Source of the DNA: Candidatus Saccharimonadales bacterium
GTDB lineage: Bacteria > Patescibacteriota > Saccharimonadia > Saccharimonadales > JBGSXW01
Length of the DNA: 64,000 nt
Reading direction: 5' to 3'
Assembly: GCA_041751215.1 (NCBI GenBank)
Contig: JBGSXW010000003.1
Coordinates: 19,613 to 83,612 of the forward strand
Positions 7,691 to 19,200 of the stretch are shown piece by piece. Every line of letters starts with the position of its first letter. Position 1 is the first letter of the stretch. A model generated the notes under the pieces. The model made no database searches and had not been told where the DNA came from. It saw only the letters and a program-made list of their open reading frames with translations. The position numbers and the translations under genes were made by a program.

Positions 7691-10600
7691 ATGTCAGACA
7701 CCAAACCAGCCAAAGACCGTTCAGTATTTGCTCAACGCGAAGAGCAAATACTTGATGTGTGGAACAAGGAAAGCACCTTTGCCGAGTCGCTCAAACAGCG
7801 CGAAGGCAAGGACGTCTTTACCTTTTACGATGGCCCGCCGTTTGCCAACGGCCTGCCGCATTTTGGTCACACCCTGGTAACCAGCATTAAAGACTCAGTC
7901 GGCCGCTATAAAACCATGCGCGGTTATTATGTCGAGCGCAAAAACGGCTGGGACTGTCACGGCTTACCAGTAGAGTTTGCGATCGAAAAACAGTTTGGCG
8001 TTAGTGGTAAAAAACAAATTCTTGATCTTGGACTAGATAAGTTTAACGCTGCCTGCCGCGAGTCGGTGTTTATGTACAAGTCAGAGTGGGAGCAGTTTTT
8101 TGCCCGCGCCGGACGCTGGACCGACACCGAGAACGCTTACGCCACCATTGATACCAACTACACCGAAAGTGTTTGGTGGACGCTGTCACAAATCCATAAA
8201 AAGAACCTACTTTACCGTGGTTTTAAGAGCATGCCGTACTGCCCACGCTGCGAAACCCCACTTAGCAACTTTGAGGTAAACGAAGGCTACCGAGATAACG
8301 TTCCCGACCCTAGTTTGTTCATGAAATTTAAGCTTATCGAAGATCAGGAAGTAGCAAATACATCTGAAGCGAGTGGGATGCAAGGCGCTGGCGAGCAGCG
8401 GACGGAAGCGTACACAACGTCCGATGAAGGAGCAGCGGAGCCAGCAACGCAGCAGCGCGCCGAAGGCAGCAGAGTCAGCGTCTCTGGCGCTGAGCAGGCT
8501 GCCGGTTCAGTGTATTTGCTGGGCTGGACTACAACCCCTTGGAGCCTCCCAGGCAACGCCGCCGTTGCTGTGAATCCGCAGGCAATTTACGTCTACGCCC
8601 AAGTTGGCGACGATGTTCTTATTATGGCCAAGGAGTTAGTCGAAAAAGTCCTCAAAAACGAAGAATCCTATCATATACAGCAAGAGGTTAAGGGGAGCGA
8701 GCTAGTTGGTAAATCGTACGAGCCGTTGTTTGATCTGGGTGAAAAGACTTCAAACAACGACAAAATGTACAAAGTTTGGCCCGCAAACTTCGTTAGCGTA
8801 GAGGACGGCACCGGTGTTTTGCACGTGGCGCCAGCCTTTGGAGAAGACGACCTGAGCCTCGGCCAACAAGAAGGGTTAGATGTTCTGACAACCGTTGATC
8901 CGAGCGGTCATATCGACGCCGGAACCGGCCTAGAGGGGATTGAAGGACTTTTCTTCAAAGACGCCGATCGCCCAATCATCAAGCACCTGACCGAAAAAGG
9001 CGCTGTGTTTGTAGCCCAAACTTATTCGCACACCTATCCGTTTTGTTACCGCTGCGACAGTCCGCTGCTTTATTATGCGATATCGACTTGGTTCATTCGG
9101 GTTTCAGAGATCAAGGACCAACTGCTTAAAACAGCCGAAGACATTGAATGGACCCCAGCTCACATCAAGCAAGGGCGTTTTGGCAAGTGGCTAGAGGGCG
9201 CGCGCGACTGGGCGATTAGCCGCAATCGTTATTGGGGAGCACCAATGCCGATCTGGCAAAATGTCGACGACCCAGAGGATTACATCGTCGTTGGCAGTAT
9301 TGAGGAGCTCAAAGACCTCGCCGGAGCCGACACTAAGCTCGATGATCTTCACCGTCCGTTTATCGATGAAGTAACGTTTGAAAAGGACGGCAAAACCTAT
9401 AAGCGCATCGAAGAAGTGCTCGATTGCTGGTTTGAGTCGGGTTCGATGCCGGTTGCTCAGCGCCATTATCCGTTCGAGAACAAAGACGACTTTGAAAAGT
9501 TCTTCCCGGCTGATTACATCGGTGAGGGGCTAGATCAAACTCGTCTGTGGTTTTACGTGCAGCACGTAATTGCGACCATTCTGTTCGATAAACCAGCTTA
9601 CAGGCACGTGATTGTAAACGGCATGATCAACGCCGCCGACGGAGCAAAACTCAGCAAACGCCTCAAGAACTATCCACCAGTTGAGGATGTGTTCGCCCAG
9701 GAAGGTGCCGATACTCTGCGACTTTATTTGTTATCTAACTATCAAGCGACCGCCAATGCTGGCTACATGCGTTTTGATCGCGGTGCCATGAAAGATCTTA
9801 ACCGAAACATTATTGGAACACTTGAGAATTCGCATAAGTTCTTCTCGATGTACGCCCTAATCGATAAGTGGCAGCCTAAAGCACCCGGCCAGGAGCCAAA
9901 AGTCAGCCACGTATTAGATAAATGGCTGATTGCTCGACTCAACGAGACCATTAAGACTACCACCGAAGCCGCCGATGACTTTGAGATTGCTCGAGCCATC
10001 AATCCAGTCTTTGAGCTAATCGAGGATATGTCCAATTGGTATATTCGTCGCTCGCGCCGACGGTTCTGGAAGAGCGAGGACGACACCGATAAGCTTGAAG
10101 CCTATGAAACGCTTTGGTACTCGCTTTACCGGCTAAGTCAGCTACTTGCTCCTTGGGCGCCGTTTGCCACCGATCATTTGTGGAGAGAGTTAGTTGCTGG
10201 CACCGATCTGCCTAAATCTGTGCATCTAAGTGATTGGCCAGAAGGCGGGGCAGTCGATGAAGCTTTGATCGAAGAAATGAAAACTACTCGCGCAGTGATT
10301 AACGATGTTTTGCGCCAACGAGCCCAGGTCGGAATTAAAGTTCGCCAACCGTTACTAGAGGTTAAGTTAGGCAAGCAGCACAGTGTCAGCCAAGAGCTAA
10401 TAGACATCATCGCCGAGGAAGCCAACATTAAAAAAGTAACAATTGATAGCAGTGCAGCCGATGATAACGTTGAATTGAATACAACAATAACCGACGAGCT
10501 TAAACTCGAGGGAGTCATGCGCGACGTTGTAAGATTTGCTCAAGCTGCACGCAAACACGCCGGACTAGATGTTGAGAATCGCATCCTGCTGAGTCTTGCT

Positions 10601-10762
10601 ACCGAAGATAAAATGCTCTCCGATGCTATAAGCAAGTTCAGCGACACCATAAAGCAAGAGACGCTTGCTGTTGAACTATCAACAACGGAATCGTACGAAC
10701 ATTCTGAAGAGGTTTCACTGTCCGGAGCTAAACTGACGATCTCGCTTCAAAAGAAGTCGTGA
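7691..10762 (+). CDS. ileS: Isoleucyl-tRNA synthetase
   Basis: Track ORF trimmed to ATG 7691, after GGAG. PHFGH (HIGH motif), WTTTPWSLPGN (editing domain) and KLSKR (KMSKS motif). TGA stop overlaps the next gene (GTGA). Confidence 0.95.
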   Translation: MSDTKPAKDRSVFAQREEQILDVWNKESTFAESLKQREGKDVFTFYDGPPFANGLPHFGHTLVTSIKDSVGRYKTMRGYYVERKNGWDCHGLPVEFAIEKQFGVSGKKQILDLGLDKFNAACRESVFMYKSEWEQFFARAGRWTDTENAYATIDTNYTESVWWTLSQIHKKNLLYRGFKSMPYCPRCETPLSNFEVNEGYRDNVPDPSLFMKFKLIEDQEVANTSEASGMQGAGEQRTEAYTTSDEGAAEPATQQRAEGSRVSVSGAEQAAGSVYLLGWTTTPWSLPGNAAVAVNPQAIYVYAQVGDDVLIMAKELVEKVLKNEESYHIQQEVKGSELVGKSYEPLFDLGEKTSNNDKMYKVWPANFVSVEDGTGVLHVAPAFGEDDLSLGQQEGLDVLTTVDPSGHIDAGTGLEGIEGLFFKDADRPIIKHLTEKGAVFVAQTYSHTYPFCYRCDSPLLYYAISTWFIRVSEIKDQLLKTAEDIEWTPAHIKQGRFGKWLEGARDWAISRNRYWGAPMPIWQNVDDPEDYIVVGSIEELKDLAGADTKLDDLHRPFIDEVTFEKDGKTYKRIEEVLDCWFESGSMPVAQRHYPFENKDDFEKFFPADYIGEGLDQTRLWFYVQHVIATILFDKPAYRHVIVNGMINAADGAKLSKRLKNYPPVEDVFAQEGADTLRLYLLSNYQATANAGYMRFDRGAMKDLNRNIIGTLENSHKFFSMYALIDKWQPKAPGQEPKVSHVLDKWLIARLNETIKTTTEAADDFEIARAINPVFELIEDMSNWYIRRSRRRFWKSEDDTDKLEAYETLWYSLYRLSQLLAPWAPFATDHLWRELVAGTDLPKSVHLSDWPEGGAVDEALIEEMKTTRAVINDVLRQRAQVGIKVRQPLLEVKLGKQHSVSQELIDIIAEEANIKKVTIDSSAADDNVELNTTITDELKLEGVMRDVVRFAQAARKHAGLDVENRILLSLATEDKMLSDAISKFSDTIKQETLAVELSTTESYEHSEEVSLSGAKLTISLQKKS
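8369..8505 (+). repeat. GC-rich ~137-nt repeat element embedded in frame in ileS
   Basis: 60-65% GC by hand count for 8401-8520. Homologous to 5766-5896 in inverse orientation. Creates shadow ORFs on both strands. Encodes SEASGMQGAGEQRTEAYTTSDEGAAEPATQQRAEGSRVSVSGAEQAAG. Confidence 0.55.
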
Positions 10763-11856
10763 AAAGATTATCTAAACTAGCTTCACTCGATTGGTATCTG
10801 GTTGCCCCTGCAGCCTACCTAGTGGTTATTGGTTTAGTGATTCAGCACTCAATTATCTTTAAAACTAGGGGAGCAGAAGTTGCTTTTAATCTAGAGCCGC
10901 AGGTGTTTGCAGTTGTTTTGGCGCTGTTATGCGGGGGCTTTCTAGCTTTTGTACCTACCAGCAGTTGGCGCCGGTTCGCCCCATGGCTTTACTGGTTGAC
11001 AATTGCCATGTTGATCCTTGTGGCCTTGATTGGAGCATCCGGAGGTGGAGCAGAGCGCTGGCTGCGCGTAGGTGGTTTTCAGGTTCAGCCCTCTGAGTTG
11101 GCCAAGTTAACAACCATATTACTGCTAGCTAAAATGCTAGATAACCGCTCAGCGGCCGTTAACCGCGCTAGAACTGTCCTGGCCTCAATAGTTGTTGTTG
11201 CTATCCCTGTAGCACTGACCGCCATTCAGCCCGACCTAGGAAGTGCTCTAGTATTTGTGTTCATTTGGCTGGGCATGATCCTGGCTAGTAAAATGCGCAT
11301 AAGTCGCATCGCGATGATAATTATAGTTGTATTTAGCGCAACAATAATGTTAATTCCCTTTATGGCAGACTATCAGCAACAGAGGTTGGTAAGCTATTTT
11401 AACCCGAACAGCGACAGGTTAGGAATTAATTACAACACTATCCAGGCCGGAATCGCCATTGGTAGCGGCGGACTAACTGGCAACGGCTTAGACTCCGGAA
11501 GCCAGAGTCAGCTAAACTTTTTACCTTCGCAGCACACGGACTTTGTATTTGCAGTTACCGGAGAAAAGCTAGGTCTGGTTGGAGCCGGTTCAATATTGCT
11601 GGCCCTGACGCTCTTAACTTCTCGAATGCTGCTCGTTGCTCGGGGCTTGAGTCGTCCATTTGAGAGGGGAATCATGATTGGTGTGGCGGCTATGTTGTTT
11701 TTTCATGCTGCTGTGAACATTGGCATGAACGTCGGGCTGGTTCCGGTAACTGGCATTCCGCTACCCCTGTTGTCATACGGCGGAACCTTTATGTTTGTAA
11801 GTGTTCTCTCGGTTATTATGGTGATAATTCTAGAACATCGCACTAGACACCTTTGA
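10759..11856 (+). CDS. SEDS-family peptidoglycan glycosyltransferase (FtsW/RodA/SpoVE)
   Basis: 10-TM-type profile. FQVQPSELAKL, LPSQHTDFVFAV and PLPLLSYGGT motifs. Confidence 0.9.
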   Translation: MKRLSKLASLDWYLVAPAAYLVVIGLVIQHSIIFKTRGAEVAFNLEPQVFAVVLALLCGGFLAFVPTSSWRRFAPWLYWLTIAMLILVALIGASGGGAERWLRVGGFQVQPSELAKLTTILLLAKMLDNRSAAVNRARTVLASIVVVAIPVALTAIQPDLGSALVFVFIWLGMILASKMRISRIAMIIIVVFSATIMLIPFMADYQQQRLVSYFNPNSDRLGINYNTIQAGIAIGSGGLTGNGLDSGSQSQLNFLPSQHTDFVFAVTGEKLGLVGAGSILLALTLLTSRMLLVARGLSRPFERGIMIGVAAMLFFHAAVNIGMNVGLVPVTGIPLPLLSYGGTFMFVSVLSVIMVIILEHRTRHL

Positions 11857-11891
11857 CATGAACGTTCTCATCTGTTAGTCTAGTTTGGTCT

Positions 11892-12197
11892 ATGAAAGCA
11901 ATAATCAAAACCGGTGGAAAGCAATATCTAGTCGCCAAAGGCGATGAGATTTCTATTGAGTTGGTTGGCGAGGACAAGACTCTAACTTTTGAACCTCTGT
12001 TGGTCTTCGATGAAAAGACCCAAAAGGTTGGCAATCCAACCGTTAGTGGAGCAAAAGTTAAAGCCAAAGTACTCGAAGCAGACTACAAGGGCGAGAAAAT
12101 CCATATGGCTCACTTTCAGGCTAAAAAGCGTGTCAAAAAGATCTCTGGTCACCGCCAGCACTACAGCAAAATTCAGATTACTGACATCAGTCTTTAG
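11892..12197 (+). CDS. rplU: 50S ribosomal protein L21
   Basis: MKAIIKTGGKQYLVAKGDEI... ...GHRQHYSKIQI. Confidence 0.93.
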   Translation: MKAIIKTGGKQYLVAKGDEISIELVGEDKTLTFEPLLVFDEKTQKVGNPTVSGAKVKAKVLEADYKGEKIHMAHFQAKKRVKKISGHRQHYSKIQITDISL

Positions 12198-12287
12198 CTA
12201 AAGCTTAAAGCCAGTGCAAATCTCTAGTGATTCTGCTAGGATTGTTAGCAGAACTTAACCATAAGCGGGGGTGCGCCAAAGAAGTTA

Positions 12288-13112
12288 ATGGGCCTAACAA
12301 ATACTCGATTCCGTGTGTTCGCTTTTGCCGGCCTAGCGATAGGTCTTGTATTTTTACTGCCGGTTATTGCTTACGCGAGCGATATTGTTGAGGGCTTTAC
12401 CTCGGGGAATCGCTTGCCCTCTGGCGTCATTGTAGCCTCGACAGTCAACGAAGAAACCGAAGTAGAGCTTGCAGGTTCAGGCAATGCCGATCGAATAGTC
12501 GGCGTCATTAGCAATCAGCAAGATGGACTACTGACCTTTACCTCAAGAAACACCGATGTCTATGTTGCTACCAGTGGCACCTCCCAGGTGTATGTCAGCG
12601 ATTTAAACGGAGAAATACGCCAAGGGGACTACATCACAGCCTCGCCGATAAAAGGGGTCGGGATGGCGGCTGATGACACCACCAGCTTTGTTGTGGGAGT
12701 AGCTTTGGCTGACTACGATGTAAATAACTCAACAGCCACGACTACTGTTACAGATCGAACTGGAGGCACAAAAGAAGTTCGCATTGGCAAGTTGCAAATG
12801 GAAATCAGTCCCCGAAACATTACCGTTGGCGAGAGCAATCAGCGACAAGTGTTTGTGTCGTTTTTAGGCGAAGCTGTGGCTGGCAAGCCGGTTTCTCAGA
12901 CTCAGGTGGTGGTGGCCATGCTGTTGTTCTTTGTCTTACTGGTTCTTGAGGGGAGCATCTTGTACGGATCGATCTATAGCAGCGTAATCTCAATTGGGCG
13001 TAACCCCTTAGCGCGCCGCGCAGTTTACAAGAACTTGGCCCAAGTTGGCGGAATTTCCATCATCGTGCTGCTAGTCGGCCTCGGCGCAATCTACGTTGTG
13101 CTGACAATTTAA
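12288..13112 (+). CDS. Hypothetical membrane protein: signal/anchor, extracytoplasmic beta-rich domain, C-terminal 2-TM hairpin
   Basis: N-terminal FAFAGLAIGLVFLLPVIAYA. C-terminal VVVAMLLFFVLLVLEG..ISIGRNPLARR..GGISIIVLLVGLGAIYVVL. Directly precedes the giant gene. Confidence 0.6.
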   Translation: MGLTNTRFRVFAFAGLAIGLVFLLPVIAYASDIVEGFTSGNRLPSGVIVASTVNEETEVELAGSGNADRIVGVISNQQDGLLTFTSRNTDVYVATSGTSQVYVSDLNGEIRQGDYITASPIKGVGMAADDTTSFVVGVALADYDVNNSTATTTVTDRTGGTKEVRIGKLQMEISPRNITVGESNQRQVFVSFLGEAVAGKPVSQTQVVVAMLLFFVLLVLEGSILYGSIYSSVISIGRNPLARRAVYKNLAQVGGISIIVLLVGLGAIYVVLTI

Positions 13113-13176
13113 CAGGGGCGAAACTGAGACGCCAAAAGTTATGCACAAAAAGTGTGTACAAAACTGAACAAAACCC

Positions 13177-13206
13177 TTGTGGTTAACAGTAGTTTATTGC
13201 TAAGAT
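13177..13206 (+). promoter_or_regulatory. Candidate promoter of the giant gene
   Basis: TTGTGG, 18-nt spacer, TAAGAT preceded by TGC (extended -10). A-rich leader of about 24 nt without an obvious SD. Confidence 0.35.
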
Positions 13207-13236
13207 TAACCACAGTTAAGCCAAACAAAAAACAAA

Positions 13237-16200
13237 ATGGACGAAAACAGTACAAACAACTGGAATCAAAACCCTTCAAACACCGCTGTTGCGGACCCTC
13301 CAGTTAGTAGCAACACGACTCCGAATTACGAGGAGCCTGTAGGAGTAAGCAGTCCATCTGGCAGTGTTTCTGCCGTTGAAGCACCAACGCAAGGGCTCTC
13401 GCTTGATAGCGATCAAACAGTTTCTAGCCAGCCGAACATACCGAGCACAGAACCAACTGTATCTTCTAATGTCTCTGTTGCTGACACAGTTAACGCTCAA
13501 AGTTCAAGCGCAGCTGTTCCGACATCGCCACTGCCGCCAACTAATGCCAGCAGCAACCGAGACCGCCGCCCAACCAAGCTGATAATTGCAATCGGGGTAA
13601 CAATCGCCATGCTCGCAATTGGGGGTGGTTTTGTTTCTAGGCTACTCAACACTTCCGGAGATCAAACAGCGGTAACTCCTGCCCAATTTGACGACCAGGA
13701 TGTTGACCTGCCAGGGGCAGTGATTGACGACAGTTTGATTGCTATAGATGGCGATCGCAGCCTGGTGATTAACGGTGATGTGCTGTCTCAGGGTAGTTTT
13801 AGATTTTACAACGAAGATCAATACGGACAGATTGCTGCCGGGGACTTAACGGGCAACCAGGTGTATACTTTGCCAGATGAAAGCGGAGTACTTTGTCTCA
13901 ACAGCAATAACTGCGGGTTTGCATTATCTGATGAGGTAATTCAGGCGGGCGATCAGCTAATCATCAACAACTTAACAGGCGCGATAAGCATTCAAGGGAC
14001 GGCCAACCAGATAAACGTTGGGGCTGCTGGTAACGTTGTAACGATATCAACACCACAGAGTATTGGATTCGCTAGTGCCCCAAGGTTTAGAACCATTTCG
14101 CTGACTAATGTTGGTCGTCAGAACGGTAACATAATCTGTGACATTTCAAACAACTGTGGCTTTGCTGGCGGCGCAGGTGCGTTTGTTCAGGGTGGCAACA
14201 GCTTTGGGGCAGTAGCCGTTCTAGGGACAAATGACAACTTTGGCCTGAGCTTTGAGACCAATGGCAATAGCTGGGTGAACATAGACACAGCAGGAGAGCT
14301 CGAGGTTGTGTCGGGCAACATTAGTACTCCGGGCATATTATCGATGAGTGCCGGCGGGCTCTTAACACCTATATTTGTCGCTGCAAATGCTGGTGGCCCT
14401 GTCGCGGTATTCAACGCTAACACCACTCTAATCCGCAGTGTTACAAATGCCGAAACTGCTTTTCTCGTTCAAGGTTCTGCAGATGATAGCGTCCTAACTG
14501 TTAGCACCATTTCGAAGGAAGTCACGATCGGCGCATCCAGCATAGGAATTCCTGCGTTATTAGAGGTAAACAATACCATTGATACCCCCGCCTTTAATTG
14601 TTCGTTTGGTTGTTGGGGTATTTATAACAATGTTGCTATAGATGATTCGGACTTTCTCGGAGTATTCGGTGGCTTACGAACAAACTATAGGACAGAAGCA
14701 TCGCCATTCACCCTGAGCACTGGATACGGAGTATACATTGGTGGCGCTGTAGCTGGCGCCGGCTCTACCATCACGTCTAACTATGGACTATTCGTGCAAT
14801 CGCAGACTGCCGGAACCGATGACTATGGTATAGCAGTTGGCGTAGCTGACACGCAGACTCTTTGGATTGGCAGTACAGCCAACTCAACTACTGCTAATGC
14901 CGGCATTGCCTTTGGTTCAGGAAGAGACACAAATTTGTACCGCTCAGCAGCCAACGTTTTACAAACAGATGACTCATTGCGAGTGGAAGACAGGTTACAG
15001 GTTGGCGGTTCGGCTGCGGGCACAATTGATCAGTGCATAGGAGTCGTGCTTTTTACTTGCGACGTGACGGTAGACGTATATAACGCGTCAACCTCTACAA
15101 CAACACCAACCTACGGCATCTATAACCAGGCGGCAATTACTCAAAACACAACAAATACTGTCACGAATAGCGCCTCCTACAATCAACTTTCCCTCGGTGG
15201 GACTGGGAGTTACGCGCTGCCTAACATAGGTGTTTCTGGGGTGGTTGTCGTGGGCACGGCGGATGCAACGTTTGCCACTGGTTTGAGCGGGCAAGTCATC
15301 AGCAATTCGATTCTAGGATCGGTAGGAGAAGCTGCAGGGGTCGTTGGTAGCGTGGGTTTCCTTGGAAATTCAGCGGCTGTCGATAGCGCGTATAGCTTTT
15401 ACGCTTCGCAAAACTCCGGAAACATACAGGATAACTACGGATTGTATATTAATGATCAATCCGGAGTTGGTAGTAATAGCAACTACAACATTTACTCCGA
15501 GGGGGCAGGCCACAACTTGTTTCAGGGTCACACGGCTATTGGAGCTGATGCGGCCGTAGATCAAGCTGGTTGGACCTATCTTTTCCTAGGCGGCGGCACA
15601 GCAACTACCGCGACCAGCCAGAATGTGCTTACTGTTAACGAAGAGTTCAATGATCTAACCGTAGCAGATATTTCTAACGGCATTGTAAGCCACGTTAGCG
15701 TTAGTCAGGCAGTTGATGGTGGCGGAATTAGTGGCAGCACCAATCAGGTGGTAGTGGCAGATACCAACACCGGTTTGGTTGATGGTGTATTTGGCCAGAA
15801 CAACACCATACTTCTTGAGGGCACGGGTGCAATTGGTGGGGTGCAGGGAGTTACAAACTATATAGATGCTCAGCTTCTTCAAAATAACGTTGGCTTTGTG
15901 TACGGTGAGACCACCCTTCTTGTAGGGCCAAGTGATGGAAACGTGTCTGATATGGTCGGGAGCTTTACTGGTGTCAGCTCTGACGCACAACTTGGATTTA
16001 CTGTCGGCACGATGATCGGGCACCATGTTGGTGTTGGCGGCCCTACACTTGGTACGCTTGAAACAGGCATAGGAGTATTCGTTGAGGGAGTGAGCGGAAA
16101 CTCAAATGAGAACTACGGAATTGCTGTCGGCAACGTTACTGGGGGTGCAGAAAACTACGGTATTGCAATCGTCGCAACCGACACTCAAACCTTATGGATT

Positions 16201-19200
16201 GGCACTGGCGATGACGGCACAGACGCAGCTAGTGGTATCGGCTTCGGTTTGTCGCGCGACACCAATCTTTACCGAGGTGCAGCAGACGTCTTACAGACAG
16301 ATGACAGCCTAGTTGTTGGTGGCCGCGGAGCAATTGGTTCGACGGCATCCTTAGGGCAGGCGACGACGCTGCGCCTAGCAGAAGCCCACACCGATGAAGG
16401 ATTTGTCTATGGCATTGAAAATTACCTACAAGCAACGGCAGCCACCCAAGCGCTTAGTACTGCCGTTGGCAACCATAATGGCGTCCTTGTCGATGGCTCG
16501 AATGACGTAGGCACGATAGCCGGTAGTTTTAACGAGGTGATTTATCAAGGAACTGGCAATGTACAGACCATAATCGCGGGATTCTCAAGTGCTGCCAATT
16601 ACGGAAATACCGATAGCCTCTACGGTATTAGTGCTGGGGCTTGGAACGATGGCGCAGCCATTGTAGGAACTATGCAAGGCGCATACATAGAAGCTACAAA
16701 TCAAGGCTTAGCAACCAGTGTGGACGGCATTAACATTGCGTTGGTAAATGATGGTGGAGTTGCCAATACAGCAACGGCTATTAACATCGAATCCATAGAA
16801 AACACTGGCGGCATTGATGATGCCTACGGTATTTATATAGGCGACCAATCTGGAGTGGGTAGTGTCAGCAGTTACAACATTTACTCTGAAGGAGATGGCT
16901 ATAACTTGTTCCAAGGACATAGTGCCTTTGGTGCAAATGCCACGGTCCAAGCTGGCGCAGTGCTGAATGTTAATGAGGAATATTCCGGAGCAGGTGATGG
17001 CATTAGAGTTGAAACGTCAAAAACTGGGGCGGGCGGTAGCACGTACTCAATCAATAACTTTGTAGAACTTGTAGCTGGAGGCACGGCCACTAATGTCGGG
17101 GCCATCAGTAACAACGTCAACATTGATAATGGTTCTACGGCTAGCTCTACCTATGGAGGTATATTCCAGACCCAAGTTCATGGAACGGCAACATCGGTTA
17201 GCGGTTTGTACGTTGACCTAGGTGTCTACAGCACAGCTAATGTGGGCACTGCTCGAGGACTATGGATATACGATTCTTTTGTAGAAGGAGGAGCAACGTT
17301 CACAGATCAGTACGGCATACAAATTGGCACCCAAACTGGAGCTACTAACAACTACGGAATAGCCGTAGGTGAAGCCGATACGCAAACACTTTGGATTGCC
17401 AATACTACAGCGGACCCAACTACCGCCAATGCCGGCATTGCCTTTGGCTCATCTAGGGACACAAACCTGTACCGCTCAGCGGCGGATACGCTTAGAACTG
17501 ACGATACGCTAATTGTGGGCGGCACAATTTCTGTTCCTCATTCTGGCAGTAACAGTGAACGTTTTGGTGCTAGCACCAGCGCTACTGGTAATAACACCGT
17601 GGCTGTCGGTAACGGTGCAACTGCTAACTTTACTAACTCGACGGTAATTGGCCAAGGGGCAAGCGCTACGGGTATCGATTCTGTGGCATTAGGACAAGGT
17701 GCAACTGTCGATGGGTTGGCCTTAGCGCTAGGTAGAAGTACTACATCAACCGCCACTGGCTCGATCGCTATCGGCTACTCTGCGGACGCCACGGCTAACC
17801 AGTCAATCGCAATTGGGCGCGAAGCGCTTGCAGATGAAATTTCGTCAATTGCCATTGGCCGCGAAGCTACCACAACGGCAACCAACCAACTGGTCATCGG
17901 TTCATCGTCGTACGGCATCACATCGGCTTACCTTGGTAACGGGGTCACAGCCGCCTCCCCAGCCGGATTCGTGTTGAATGCCACTGGCGGGTCGGGAACT
18001 GATATTGCCGGCGCTAATCTAACGTTGGCTGGTGGTCGGGGAACCGGTACTGGTGTCGGCGGGAATATTATCTTTCAGTATGCAGCAGCGGGTGGTTCAG
18101 GGACGTCATTAAATGCACTAGCTACTGCTTGTAGCATCAGTGGCACTAACGGTAGCTTGAGTTGTCCGGGTGCGGGCGCTAACAGTGAGAGATTTGGTGC
18201 CAACACAGTAGCCGCAAACGCTAACTCGCTGGCAATTGGCGCATCAGCTTCGGTAACCGGCGATGGAGGAACTGCTATAGGAAGAAACGCATCAGTAACA
18301 GGGAGTGGTTCAAGTGTTGCTATCGGATATAACGTTACGGCCACCTCAACAACAGTTGGAATCGGTAGTAGTGCCAATAGTAACAGTGTCGTGGTTGGAG
18401 TGGGCGCTACTGATGCAGCTGGCGGAGGAACGGTCATCGTTGGACGCAGCGCGACGTCAGGTGCAGACGGCATCGCGCTAGGCCGATCGGCCAATGCGAG
18501 CAACCGATCTATTGCAATTGGCTATGGCGCAACAACAAGCACGCAAAACCAAATTGTTGTTGGTAGTTCGACTACAGCTTCTTCATACATAGACGAAGGC
18601 TACTTCGGTAGCGGTGTGACGTCTGCAACTCCAACATCGTTCTTGCTTAGTGCTACTGGCGGATCGGGCACAGATATTGCTGGCGCCAACTTCACCTTAT
18701 CTGGTGGCCGGGGTACAGGTTCTGCAAATGGAGGGTCAATACTGTTCCAAACTACCGCTCCAGGTGCAAGTGGCGGAGGCTTGCGAACGAGAGCAACAGT
18801 ATTAGGGCTTGCTGGTGGCACCGGCGCTGCGACCTTCCAAAACCTCAGCGACTCTGCCACAGGCTTCCAGGTGCTTGATGCTGATGGGGGAATATCAGTG
18901 CTTAGCGTCAATACAATAGATGAACATGTTGGCGTGGGCACTAACTCTGCTGCCTATAAGCTTGATGTGAATGCCGATGCGCCAGGTTCGTACGTCGCGA
19001 ACTTCTTTAACGACGGCAACGACCAAGCGCGAAATGGCCTTAGAGTGCAAGCTGGAGCAGACGACGGTTCGGGTACGACTTACTACTTAGACGCTTACGA
19101 CGGTGACGGTGACCAAGTTGGTTACCTAGCAAATGTCGGTGGAACCTTCGGGATTACTGATGTATCTGATATTAGAACCAAGACTAACGTAGAGGACACA

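Noticed and set aside
752-10762. Possible alternative genetic code (UGA as a sense codon, as in some CPR lineages)
   Set aside because: TGA terminates well-defined genes at the expected ends: ftsA at 752-754, ileS at 10760-10762 and mreC at 43460-43462. RF2, which decodes UGA, is present and intact. The standard bacterial code fits.
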